A stretch of 62,071 bases of DNA, taken from contig NC_086106.1 in NCBI RefSeq assembly GCF_963921235.1, forward strand, positions 16,306,001 to 16,368,071, read 5' to 3'. Position 1 is the stretch's first letter. Each line of letters starts with the position of its first letter. The stretch comes from Mobula hypostoma (Eukaryota). The notes beneath the pieces are model-generated. The model was not told the DNA's origin. It ran no database searches and worked only from the letters and a program-made list of their open reading frames with translations. Shown here in pieces: positions 24,100 to 35,870 of the stretch. A program made the translations under genes and the position numbers.

Positions 24100-25430
24100 T
24101 CAGCCGGAAGATTAAGGTGCATGGGATCCACGGTTCGGACTCAGAACTGGCCTGCCCACAGAAGACAGTGGCCTGGCCGGAGAGACGTAACTAGCGGTGT
24201 TCTGCAGGGACCCGCGCTGGGACCGCTGCTGTTTGCCATTTACGTAAATGTCCTGGGTGAAAATGTGGGTGGGTCAGTCGGCAAGTTCACAGATGGCGCA
24301 GAGACTGGTGGTGGGTGTGGTCAACGTCGTAGTTTGGTCAACGTAGATCAGTTACAGGTATGGGCAGGGAAATGCCAGAAGGAGTTTAAGAACGTTAAGA
24401 AATAGGAGCATTCAGCCCATCGAGCCTGCCCCGCCATTCAATAAGATCATGGTTGATCTGACCACGGACTCATCGCCACCTACCTGCCTTTTCCCCATAA
24501 CCCTTAATTCCCCTACTATGCAAAAATGTATCCAACCTTAAATATGTTAACTAAGGTAGCCTCCACTGCTTCATTGGGCAGAGAATTCCACGGATTCACC
24601 ACTCTCTGGGAAAAGCAGTTCTTCCTCATCTCCATCCTAAATCTACTCCCTTGAATCTTGAGGCCATGACCCCTGGTTCTGGTCTCACCTACCAGTGGAA
24701 ACAACATCCCTGCCTGTATCTTCTCTATCCCTTTCATAATTTTCTATGTTTCTATAAGATCTCCTCCCATTCTTCTGAATTCCAGTGAGTACAGTCCTGG
24801 GTGACTCAATCTTGTCTCACAGTCTAGCCCCCTCATCTCTGGAATCAACCAGGTGCACCTCCTCTGAACCGCCTCCAAAGCCAATACATCCTCCCTCAAG
24901 TAAGGAGACCAGACCTGCGCACAGTACTCCCAGGTGCGGCCTCACCTGTACCCTGTACAGTTGCAGCATAACCTCCCTGCTCTTAAATTCAATCCCTCTA
25001 GCAATGAAGGCCAACATTCCGTGTGCCTCCTTGACAGCCTGCTGCACCTGCAAACCAACCTTTTGCGATTCATGTACAAGCGCTCCCAAGTCCCTCCGCA
25101 CAGTGCAAGATATTGCACTTTGGGAAATCAACTGTAAAGCGGCAGTACACAGTTAATGGCCAGACATACAGAGGGACGCTGGGGTCCAAGTCCACAGCCC
25201 CCTGAATGTGGTCGAGAAGGGTAAAGAAGGCGAGGGGCACTTCGAGGCACGGAGTTCAAGAGTTGGGAAGGTGCGTAGCAGCTTCACAAACCTCTGGCCG
25301 AGGCCTCACCTGGAGTATTGTGTGCAGTCGTGGCCGCCCCGTGACTGGAGGGATGTGGGGGCTTTGGAGAGGGTGTGGAAGGGGTGTATGGGGTGTCAAG
25401 GAGGGGTAGCACCTCTGGTGGGGGAACACG
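24100..25430. mobile_element. Cluster of CR1 fragments in both orientations
   Basis: SGVLQGPALGPLL, RGIEFKSREVMLQLY, RPHLEYCVQSW peptides. Confidence 0.8.
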
Positions 25431-25945
25431 TCACGTCCTTTTCAGGGCGGTTAGTCCACCTTTGGTCCCCACCTGGCGCTCAGCTCTCACCTGTGGCTCC
25501 CCGTAGCTGTTTGCATGCGACAGCGGCCACACCCCGGGCAATGGCTTCGACAAGCCGGCTAAACCAGGTGAGGGCAGCCGACGGGTCTCAAACCCTCGCT
25601 GAGATAGGGAGTTGTCTATCCCAGCATGTGAAGACAGATTCCGGCGGATTGAGCGGACGAGACCAATGGAAGGTCCAACGGTCAAGAAGGCGGTCTCTGC
25701 AAGCGTCGTGGAACATGTAGCGCAGGACAAGACACAGAAGACATCCACTGCGCCTAGTCCCATCTCCAGCCGTCTCGATTCTGTCTTGCCACTGGATCCA
25801 GATGGGAATTGGGAAGAGAGAGTGAGGCTGACGCTGCACAACTCTCCCTCACTTAAATCCAAATCACGCGCTAGTCTCGACACCGTCATAATGGTGTCGA
25901 GGTCCTCACTGACGTCAACGATGGACGAACAACAACCAACGGAAG
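25430..25945 (+). mobile_element. Probable RTE-related non-autonomous retroposon
   Basis: Ends in GACGTCAACGATGGACGAACAAC, matching the RTE tail at about 14860-14885. Body lacks recognisable coding motifs. Confidence 0.45.
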
Positions 25946-27019
25946 AGGTTCACCGGAATGCTGCCCGGATTCGAGGGCAGAGGCTATAAGGAGACCTTTG
26001 GCTGGAAAAGCAGTGAGGTTGGGTGGGACCACAACCAGAGGTCGTGGGGCTAAGGCTGAAAGGTGAGATGTTTAAGGGGAGCATGAGGAGGAACTTCTTC
26101 ACTCAGAGGGCGGTGAGAGTGGTGAACGAGCTGCCAGCACAAGTGGTCTGTGTGAGCTCGATTTCAATGCTTAAGAGAAGTCTCGATAGGTACGTGGATG
26201 GTAGGGGTATGGAGGGCTATGGACCCAGTGCATGGCGATGGAAGTAGGCTGTTTAGTATGGTTTTGGCATGGACTAGATGGGCCGAATGGCCTGTTTCTG
26301 TGCTGTACTTTTCTACGACCCTATGACTTAGGTCATTTTCTCTGGAGCAGCGGAGGCTGAGGGGAGATTTGTTAAGAGGTTATGAAACAGGATATTAACC
26401 TGAAGCAACTCACACTCAAGCCTGGAGGAAGTAAGCGGGCCAAGATGTATCTATTCAGGGGGGTTAAAAAGCTGATGTTTTGGGCTGAGACCCTTCATCG
26501 GGACCGGGGGAGGGTGAAGAAATCGCCGGAAGTGCGAGGTACCGATGCTAATGCCATCAGATTGGAGGCCTACCCAGACGCAATGCGAGGCATTGCCCCT
26601 CCAACCTACGTCTGACCTCATGGCGGCAGTAGGGGAGGCCGTGGACAGGTAGGTCGGTGTGGGAGAGGGAAGTGGAATTGAAATGGGTGGCCTTTTGCAA
26701 ATGTGCTCAACATTAACCCTAACTGTAGTCTATGAAGGTTCTCAATCATCCAGAACACTGTACATCGAACAGCAGTAAATCAAGGCACCTTGTGCTGTCT
26801 GGAAGACATTTCGCCACTCGTCTGAGAGGCTCCTTCAGTTCTGTCCCACGGTGGGTAGTTTTCCAGCTGGTAAACTCTGTGAGTTGTTTAAAGGTGTGGC
26901 ACTCACATGAGGGTGGTTAAGAGTCGTAGTCTTATCCTTTGTATGAATAGAGGCTACTTACAATGCAGTCCTAACATCTTCACCCCAGCGTCTCCACAAC
27001 AGTTCACATCTCTGTTCAA

Positions 27020-27980
27020 GACACACACTGTGAATGGTGGGGAGTGTCGCGGGACAGAGGGACTTTGCTGTACAAGGCTAGGACACATTGTGAATGGTGG
27101 GGAGTGTCGAGGGACAGAGGGACCGCGGTGTACAAGGCTAGGACACATTGTGAATGGTGGGGAGTGTCGAGGGACAGAGGGACTTCGCTGTACAAGGCTA
27201 GGACACATTGTGAATGGTGGGGAGTGTCGAGGGGCAGAGGGACCTCGGTGTACAAGGGTAGGACACACTGTGAATGGTGGGGAGTGTTAAGGGACAGAAG
27301 GACCTCGGTGTACAAGGGTAGGACACACTGTGAATGGTGGGGAGTGTCGCGGGACAGAGGGACTTTGCTGTACAAGGCTAGGACACATTGTGAATGGTGG
27401 GGAGTGTCGAGGGACAGAGGGACCTCGGTGTACAAGGCTAGGACACATTGTGAATGGTGGGGAGTGTCGAGGGACAGAGGGACCTCGGTGTACAAGGCTA
27501 GGACACATTGTGAATGGTGGGGAGTGTCAAGGGACAGAGGGACCTCGGTGTACAAGGGTAGGACACACTGTGAATGGTGGGGAGTGTTAAGGGACAGAAG
27601 GACCTCGGTGTACAAGGGTAGGACACACTGTGAATGGTGGGGAGTGTCGCGGGACAGAGGGACTTTGCTGTACAAGGCTAGGACACATTGTGAATGGTGG
27701 GGAGTGTCGAGGGACAGAGGGACCTCGGTGTACAAGGCTAGGACACATTGTGAATGGTGGGGAGTGTCGAGGGACAGAGGGACCTCGGTGTACAAGGCTA
27801 GGACACATTGTGAATGGTGGGGAGTGTCAAGGGACAGAGGGACTTCGCTGTACAAGGCTAGGACACATTGTGAATGGTGGGGAGTGTCGAGGGGCAGAGG
27901 GACCTCGGTGTACAAGGGTAGGACACACTGTGAATGGTGGGGAGTGTTAAGGGACAAAGAGATCTCAGTGTACAAGGGCA
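27020..27980. repeat. 60-bp minisatellite family C (GGACACAYTGTGAATGGTGGGGAGTGTCGAGGGACAGAGGGACCTCGGTGTACAAGGSTA), 16 units
   Basis: Exact 60-nt period visible line to line; variant pattern recurs every 300 nt. Confidence 0.97.
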
Positions 27981-29479
27981 TGTTGGACTGGGCTGTAGAA
28001 TTGTCATTTTTCTTGTAGTTTAACTTTCACGTTTGTATTTTTACATAATCGCCTATAAAAATGTGACGACTGCTCGTACCACTGAGATAGGGCTCCAGGC
28101 TGGAGAAAGTGGAACTGCTCCGGGGCGATGGTTTTCCATTTTAAAAGCTTTTCCGCACAGCTTCCTATCGTCATTGTGGAAAATGACGACAACTGACACA
28201 TACATATGGTTGCTGATTGAGTTGTCTCTGTATTTTCTGGAAACTGGTGTTGCTTCCTCTGCCTCTGACTCCTTCACTCGTTCTCCAGCCGTGTTTCTTC
28301 CCTTGCTCTTGAGAAAGCCACCGTAAGCAACACTTTTCATGTCTCATTCTTAACTTCTGAAGAACCCTTGGGTACAAACGCATCAGGGTCCAACAGCTTG
28401 GCATGGGCAAAGACTGAAGGACGTGGAAGAATCCCAGAGGAAGGGGAAAGTTTTAGCCTGCGCAAGACCATCCTCCTTATTTGTCTGATCATCAGAGAAA
28501 TCGCCTAGTTTTCGCTTCAATACCCCATCTAAAGAAAGTTTAAGAGTGAAGGAAAAGTCTATAGTACTTTAGTCTTATAAAGTTAACTGTGCATAAAAAA
28601 TACTTGTGGTTGCAATTTACTGACCCTTCATTTGGAAACTATTGAGAGTCTCTCTCTCTTTTGATGATGTTGAAAGATATTACAGGAAGTTCTTTGTTTA
28701 TAGGTTTGGACTACGGACTATCTTATGGTTTTTATATTCTTTGTTGTCACTTGTTTGTCGTCGTTTTCTTGAGTGGGAGAGGGGATTTGGGTGCTGACGT
28801 TCTTGTTGTGTTTTGTGCAGGAAGGGAGTTTAGGGGTGGAATTAATTATCGTGTTGACATTCCTTTTGTGTGTGTGGTGGCGGGGGCGGGGGGAGGTTGC
28901 TGTTTCCCTTTGAACCGACTTCCATGGTTTTCGTTGTTTTGTGGCTATCTGGAGAAGACGATCTCAGAGTTGTATCACCGCTACCGAAGCTCCAGTTGTT
29001 ACGCAATGACTGAGGTCTTGCCTAAACAAAGTATTTTGATTTTGCAGGATTAATGAAGCAATCAGAATAAAATACACCAATCACGTTGTGTCTAATGAAA
29101 TGCGGCTGCTGCATGAAAAGTATGGGGTAAGATCCAGAGAGGGGAAGAGAAAATTGCAGGGACATTAGCCGTCTCATTGCACTTAAATAAACGTGCAGCT
29201 ACTGAGTTGGAAAATCCGATATGTGGGTTAATGGAAATAGAGAGAAAAAATTAACTACCTGAACTAATTACCGCTCTGGTCAGTGCTGCCCTCCAGTGTT
29301 CAAACTGTGGAATGACAGGCTGGATTGCTGGAAACTGTACCATCAATTTGTGGGACATGCCGTTCAGAGTCTTGGACTATATATATCTGTTTTTTTTTGT
29401 GTGACTTCTCTATTTTGAATGTGTTGTGTATGTTTTGCACCTTGGCCCCCAGAAGAACGCTGTTTCATTCGGCTGTAAC

Positions 29480-30010
29480 CATGTATAGTTGGACGATGCT
29501 GAGGATGTTCTATGAGTCTGTGGTGGCCAGTGCTATCATGTTTGCTGTTGTGTGCTGGGGCAGCAGGCTGAGGGTAGCAGACACCAACAGAATCAACAAA
29601 CTCATTCGTAAGGCCAGTGATGTTGTGGGGATGGAACTGGACTCTCTGACGGTGGTGTCTGAAAAGAGGATGCTGTCTAAGTTGCATGCCATCTTGGACA
29701 ATGTCTCCCATCCACTACATAATGTACCGGGTGGGCACAGGAGTACATTCAGCCAGAGACTCATTCCACCGAGATGCAACACAGAGCGTCATAGGAAGTC
29801 ATTCCTGCCTGTGGCCATCAAACTTTACAACTCCTCCCTTGGAGGGTCAGACACTCTGAGCCAATAGGCTGATCCTGGACTTATTTCCTGGCATAATTTA
29901 CATATCACTATTTAACTATTTATGGTATTATTACTATTTAATTATTTATGGTGCAACTGTAACGAAAACCAATTTCCCCGGGATCAATAAATTATGACTA
30001 TGACTATGTT
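29480..30010 (+). mobile_element. Rex1/Babar (L2-related) LINE 3' end
   Basis: MLRMFYESVVASAIMFAVVCWG...RKSFLPVAIKLYNS and (TGACTA)n tail. Near-identical to the copy at 33205-34170. Confidence 0.85.
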
Positions 30011-33000
30011 AAATAAACTTGGTTTGATTGCGAGGAAAAGGAGACAGGTGATAAGCAGTGAAAGCAATAAGACAGAGACGGTATAAAGTGTAAAGAGCAA
30101 ATCTCTGCGTTAACTGAGTGAGTGAACTGCTCAACTGAACCACTCCGATTTGCCTACAGGAACAACAGGTCCACAGCAGGTGCCACCCCATTGGCTCTTT
30201 GCTCAACCCTGGAACATCCGGACAGCAAAGATCCAAAACATCAGGATGCCCTTTATCGACTACAGCTTCAGCATTCAATCCCATCATCCCCTCCAAACTA
30301 ATCAATAAGTTCCAAGACCTTGGCCTCAATACCTCCTTTTGCATTTGGATCCCGGATTTCCTCACTTGTGGAACACATTCAGTTGGGATTGGCAACAACG
30401 TCTCCTCCACGGTCTCCACCAGCACAGGCGCACCACAGGGCTGTGTGCTTGGCCCCCTGCTCGACTCGCTTTACACTTCGGACTGTGAGGCCAAGCACAG
30501 CGCCAAGGCCATGTTCAAGTTTGCTGATGACGCCGCGGTCGCGGTGGTGACAAATCAGCGTGTAGGAGGGAGATTGAGCGGTGTCATAAGAATGACCTCT
30601 TGCTCAATGTCAGCAGCACCAAGGAGCTGATTATTGACTTCGGGAGGGGGAAACCAGAGATCCATAAGCCAGTCCTCATCGGAGGATCAGAGGCAACTTG
30701 GAATTCCTCGGTGATATCATTTCAGGGTCCAGCACGCAACGAAAGCATGGCAGTGCCTCTACTTCCTCAGGAGTTTGTGGAGATTTGACATGACATCTAA
30801 AACTTTGACAGACTTCTAGAGATGTGTGGTGGGGAATCTAATGCCTGGCTGCATCACAGCCTAGTCTGGAAACACCACTGCCCCGAACGGAAAATCCTGC
30901 GAAAAGTAGTTGATATGGCCCAGTCCATCGTGGGTAAAGCCCTCCCCACTAATGAGCACGTCTACATGAAGTGTTTTCACAGGAAAGCAGCATCCATCAT
31001 CAGGGACCCCCAGCGTCCAGGTCCTGCTCTCTTCCCGCAGCTGCCATCAGGAAGAAGGTACAGGAGCCTCAGGGCTCACACCACCAGGTTCAGGAACGTT
31101 GGGTTCTTGAACAAAGCGGGTAACTTCACTCAATTTCACTTGCCCCGTCGTTGAAATGTACCCGCAACCAACGGACTCACTTTCAAGGACTCTTCGTCTC
31201 ATGTTCTCGATAGTTCTTCCTTTATTTATTTGCATTATTGCTTCTTTTTTTTTCCAGTTGGTGACTTCTGCACTCTGGTTGAAAGTCCGAATTCGGCAGA
31301 TCCGCCATGGATCCTGTTAGAGTTACTATTATGTAGATTTGTTGAGTATGTCTACAGGAGAATTAACCTCAGGGTTGTATATGATGTCATGTATGGACTT
31401 TCATCATAAAACTTACTTTGAACTTTGTAAGTGGAAAAAAAACAACATAATAAGTGTAATCAAATTGAAGTGCTTTGCATAGAGCTTCAAAGTAAACAGA
31501 AATGGTATCTAAAGACCCAGCAGGGACCTCAGGTGGCTCTTCCTCGGAAAAAACACCCTCTCCGAGGCAGCGCCACCATCCCGTCTCTGAGGAATTACGG
31601 GTGAGACATTTCACGGACTCCAAGGTGCCCTCTAGCGGCTCACGTCAGGGTTGGCAGCCATGACACGACTTGCCCCAAAAGAGACACAGAACCAGAGGAT
31701 GAAAGGAGACGGATGTCTTTCATCAACCACCTCAGCTGGAAAATATTGATAAATGGTCCAAAGAAGTTTCCCACATCCTAAAAAGAGGAAGTTTAAGTCC
31801 ATAAGACATAGAGTCAGAATCAGGCCATTTGGCTCATCGAGTCTGGATTGCAATAACTCAATGTATAATAATTTTGAAAACTTGGGCTTAATTTCAACAT
31901 ATTAAGAACATATATAAATTGCACCCATACGACAGCATCCAAACTCTGGGAACAATGTTGGCTTACATCTGGCAGCTCTTGGGCTGTATTCCTTGGAGTT
32001 GAGGAGAATGAGGGGGGATCTCATCGAAACCTTCCAAATGTTAAAAGGCCTGAACAGATTAGATATGGCACAGTTATTTCCCATGGTAGGGGAGTCTAGG
32101 ACAAGAGGGCATGACTTCAGGATTGAAGGACGTCCTTTTAGAACTGAGATGCGGAGAAATTACTTTAGTCAGAGGGTGGTAAATCTGTGGAATTTGTTGC
32201 CACAAGCAGCTGTGGAGGACAAGTCAAGTCACTTTTTATAGTCATTTCGACCATAACTGCTGGTACAGTCCACAGTAAAAACGAGACAACATTTTTCAGG
32301 ACCATGGTGCTACAGAAACAATACAAAAACTACACTGAAAAAACACAAAAACTACACTAGACTACAGACCTACCCAGGACTGCATAAAGTGCACAAAACA
32401 GTGCAGGCATTACAATAAATAATAAACAAGACAACAGGCAGAGTAGAGGGCAGTAGGTTGGTGTCAGTCCAGGCTCTGGGTATTGAGGAGTCTGATGACT
32501 TGGGGGAAGAAACTGTTACATAGTCTGGTCGTGAGAGCCCGAACGCTTAGGTGTCTTTTGCCAGATGGCAGGAGGGAGACGAGTTTGTATGAGGGGTGCG
32601 TGTGGTCCTTCATAATGCTGTTTGCTTTATGGGTGCAGCGCGTTGTGTAAATGTCTCTAATGGCAGGAAGAGAGAACCCGATGATTTAATGCAGAGATAG
32701 ATAGGTTCTTGATTAGCCAGGGCATCAAAGGGTCTGGGGTGAAAGCAGGGGATTGGGGATGACTGGAAGAATTGGATCAGCCCATGATTGAATGGTGGAG
32801 CAGACTCAATGGGCCGAATGGCCTACTTCTGCTCCTGTATCTTATGGTCTTATGGCTTCTCAGCAAGTCAGACGGTTGTCATGTTGAGTAGACGGCCATA
32901 CAGGACATGACAAACAGAACCTACAAGGTGGTTGGGATGTTATTGAGAGGCAGTTGGAAGAACAGTCTCCAATGCAGGCTGATTGGAGGAATGGGGGGTT

Positions 33001-33204
33001 GACTGCAAGCAAACGGTTTCTGATGATGAGGAAAGTTACCGGACAGTGTGGTTAAGTTATCCAGGGACTTCGGGAATAAACGACAATAACAGGGAGGAAC
33101 CTAGGTATTGTCAGTTTGCAACAAGATATTGCCAGAATGGTGAAGCTGACACATTGAATTGGAGTGAAGCTGGTGTTTCTCGTGGTGGGTTACAGAAAGC
33201 CCTG

Positions 33205-34170
33205 TAGGGATGTTGAAGTCTGAGGAAGCTGGGGCTCCACAGGGGACTGTCTTGTCTCCCTTTCTCTTCACCATTTACACCTCGGACTTCAACTACTGCA
33301 CAGAGTCTTGTCATCTTCAGAAGTTTTCGGATGACTCTGCCATAGTTGGATGCATCAGCAAGGGAGATGAGGCTGAGTACAGGGCTACTGTAGGAAACTT
33401 TGTCACATGGTGTGAGCAGAATTATCTGCAGCTTAATGTAAAAAAGACTAAGGAGTTGGTGATAGACCTGAGGAGGGCTAAGGTACCGGTGACCCCTGTT
33501 TCCATCCAGGGGGTCAGTGTGGACATGGTGGAGGATTACAAATACGAATTGACAATAAACTGGACTGGTCTAAGAACACTGAGGCTGTCTACAAGAAGGG
33601 TCAGAGCCGTCTATTTCCTGAGGAGACTGAGGTCCTTTAACATCTGCCGGACGATGCTGAGGATGTTCTACGAGTCTGTGGTGGCCAGTGCTATCATGTT
33701 TGCTGTTGTGTGCTGGGGCAGCAGGCTGAGGGTGGCAGACACCAACAGAATCAACAAACTCATTCGTAAGGCCAGTGATGTTGTGGGGATGGAACTGGAC
33801 TCTGTCACGGTGGTGTCTGAAAAGAGGATGCTGTCCAAGTTGCATGCCATCTTGGACAATGTCTCCCATCCACTACATAATGTACTGGGTGGGCACAGGA
33901 GTACATTCAGCCAGAGACTCATTCCACCGAGATGCAGTACTGAGCGTCATAGGAAGTCATTCCTGCCTGTGGCCATCAAACTTTACAACTCCTCCCTTGG
34001 AGGGTCAGACACCCTGAGCCAATAGGCTGGTCCTGGACTCATTTCCTGGTATAATTTACATATTACTATTCAACTATTTATGGTTCTATTACTATTTATT
34101 ATTGATGGTGCAACTGTAACGAAAACCAATTTCCCCCGGGATCAATAAAGTATGACTATGACTATGACTA
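33205..34170 (+). mobile_element. Rex1/Babar LINE RT C-terminus and 3' end
   Basis: GAPQGTVLSPFLFTIYTSD, KFSDDSAIVG, LNVKKTKELVID motifs; (TGACTA)n tail. Confidence 0.88.
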
Positions 34171-34439
34171 AGATCATTACAGGAGGGGTCAGTTAACCCG
34201 TCGATCAGCGGCTGCTGAGCAGGGGCCAGCAGCTATTGCTCGCTATCACACCAGCCACGGCAACTGCGGGGAAGCCAGCAGGCAACAACGGTTAACCTAC
34301 AGGACTGGAATTTGCAGCGTGTGCTGCCCCAGCCGAAACCAAACCACCAATGCAAGGGTTCCCAGCCACGGACCCCTACCCTCACTGCCAGCCGGTCGTG
34401 TGGTGGTATCAGCACCAGACTTCGAGGCGACTGTCGAGG

Positions 34440-35870
34440 ACAGAGCGTCCTCAGTGTTCAAGGGTAGGACACACACACTGTGAATGGTGGGGAGTGTCGA
34501 GGGACAGAGGGACCTCGGTGTATGAGGGTAGGACACACACACTGTGAATGGTGGGGAGTGTTGAGGTGTTGAGGGACAGAGGGACCTCGGTGTATGAGGG
34601 TAGGACACACACTGAATGGTGGGGAGTGTCGAGGGACAGAGGGTCCTAGGTGTATGAGGGTAGGACACACACACTGTGAATGGTGGGGAGTGTTGAGGTG
34701 TCGAGGGACAGAGGGTCCTCGGTGTATGAGGGTAGGACACACACTGTGAATGGTGGGGAGTGTTGAGGTGTCGAGGGACAGAGGGTCCTCGGTGTACGAG
34801 GGTAGGACACACACTGTGAATGGTGGGGAGTGTCGAGGGACAGAGGGTCCTCGGTGTATGAGGGTAGGACACACACACTGTGAATGGTGGGGAGTGTTGA
34901 GGTGTCGAGGGACAGAGGGACCTCGGTGTATGAGGGTAGGACACACACACTGTGAATGGTGGGGAGTGTCGAGGTGTCGAGGGACAGAGGGTCCTCAGTG
35001 TATGAGGGGTATGAGGATAGGACACACACTGTGAATGGTGGGGAGTGTTGAGGTGTCGAGGGACAGAGGGACCTCGGTGTATGAGGGTAGGACACACACT
35101 GAATGGTGGGGAGTGTCGAGGGACAGAGGGTCCTCGGTGTATGAGGGTAGGACACACACACTGTGAATGGTGGGGAGTGTTGAGGTGTCGAGGGACAGAG
35201 GGACCTCGGTGTATGAGGGTAGGACACACACACTGTGAATGGTGGGGAGTGTTGAGGTGTCGAGGGACAGAGGAACCTCGGTGTATGAGGGTAGGACACA
35301 CACTGTGAATGGTGGGGAGTGTTGAGGTGTCGAGGGACAGAGGGACCTCGGTGTATGAGGGTAGGACACACACTGAATGGTGGGGAGTGTCGAGGGACAG
35401 AGGGTCCTCCATGTATGAGGGTAGGACACACACACTGTGAATGGTGGGGAGTGTCGAGGTGTCGAGGGACAGAGGGTCCTCGGAGTATGAGGGTAGGACA
35501 CACACTGTGAATGGTGGGGAGTGTTGAGGTGTCGAGGGACAGAGGGTCCTCGGTGTACGAGGGTAGGACACACACTGTGAATGGTGGGGAGTGTCGAGGG
35601 ACAGAGGGTCCTCGGTGTATGAGGGTAGGACACACACACTGTGAATGGTGGGGAGTGTTGAGGTGTCGAGGGACAGAGGGTCCTCGGTGTATGAGGGGTA
35701 TGAGGATAGGACACACACTGTGAATGGTGGGGAGTGTTGAGGAACAGGGGGACCTCAGTGTATGAGGGTAGGACACACACTGTGAATGGTGGGGAGTGTT
35801 GAGGTGTCGAGGGACAGAGGGACCTCGGCGTATGAGGGTAGGACACACACACACTGTGAATGGTGTGGTC
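34440..35870. repeat. Family C minisatellite, variable-length (about 58-72 bp) array
   Basis: Same core as 27020-27980 with (CA)n and GTTGAGGT expansions. Confidence 0.95.

Noticed and set aside
28030-28620. Minus-strand ORF fragment (RKYRDNSI...RKLCGKAF) that might be an exon or a hAT transposase N-terminus
   Set aside because: Interrupted by stops, similarity too weak to call by eye, and no clear splice sites or TIRs.
34350-34440. Plus-strand VVWWYQHQ resembling a V-domain FR2
   Set aside because: No correctly spaced B-strand Cys context, no downstream YxC, an upstream stop, and the frame runs into satellite.
27020-35870. Many perfect CACAGTG heptamers on the gene's sense strand in the family C arrays (V-C intron), and CACAGTT in family A
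   Set aside because: No ACAAAAACC-like nonamer at 12 or 23 bp spacing and no D/J coding segments next to them. The heptamer is simply part of the satellite unit.
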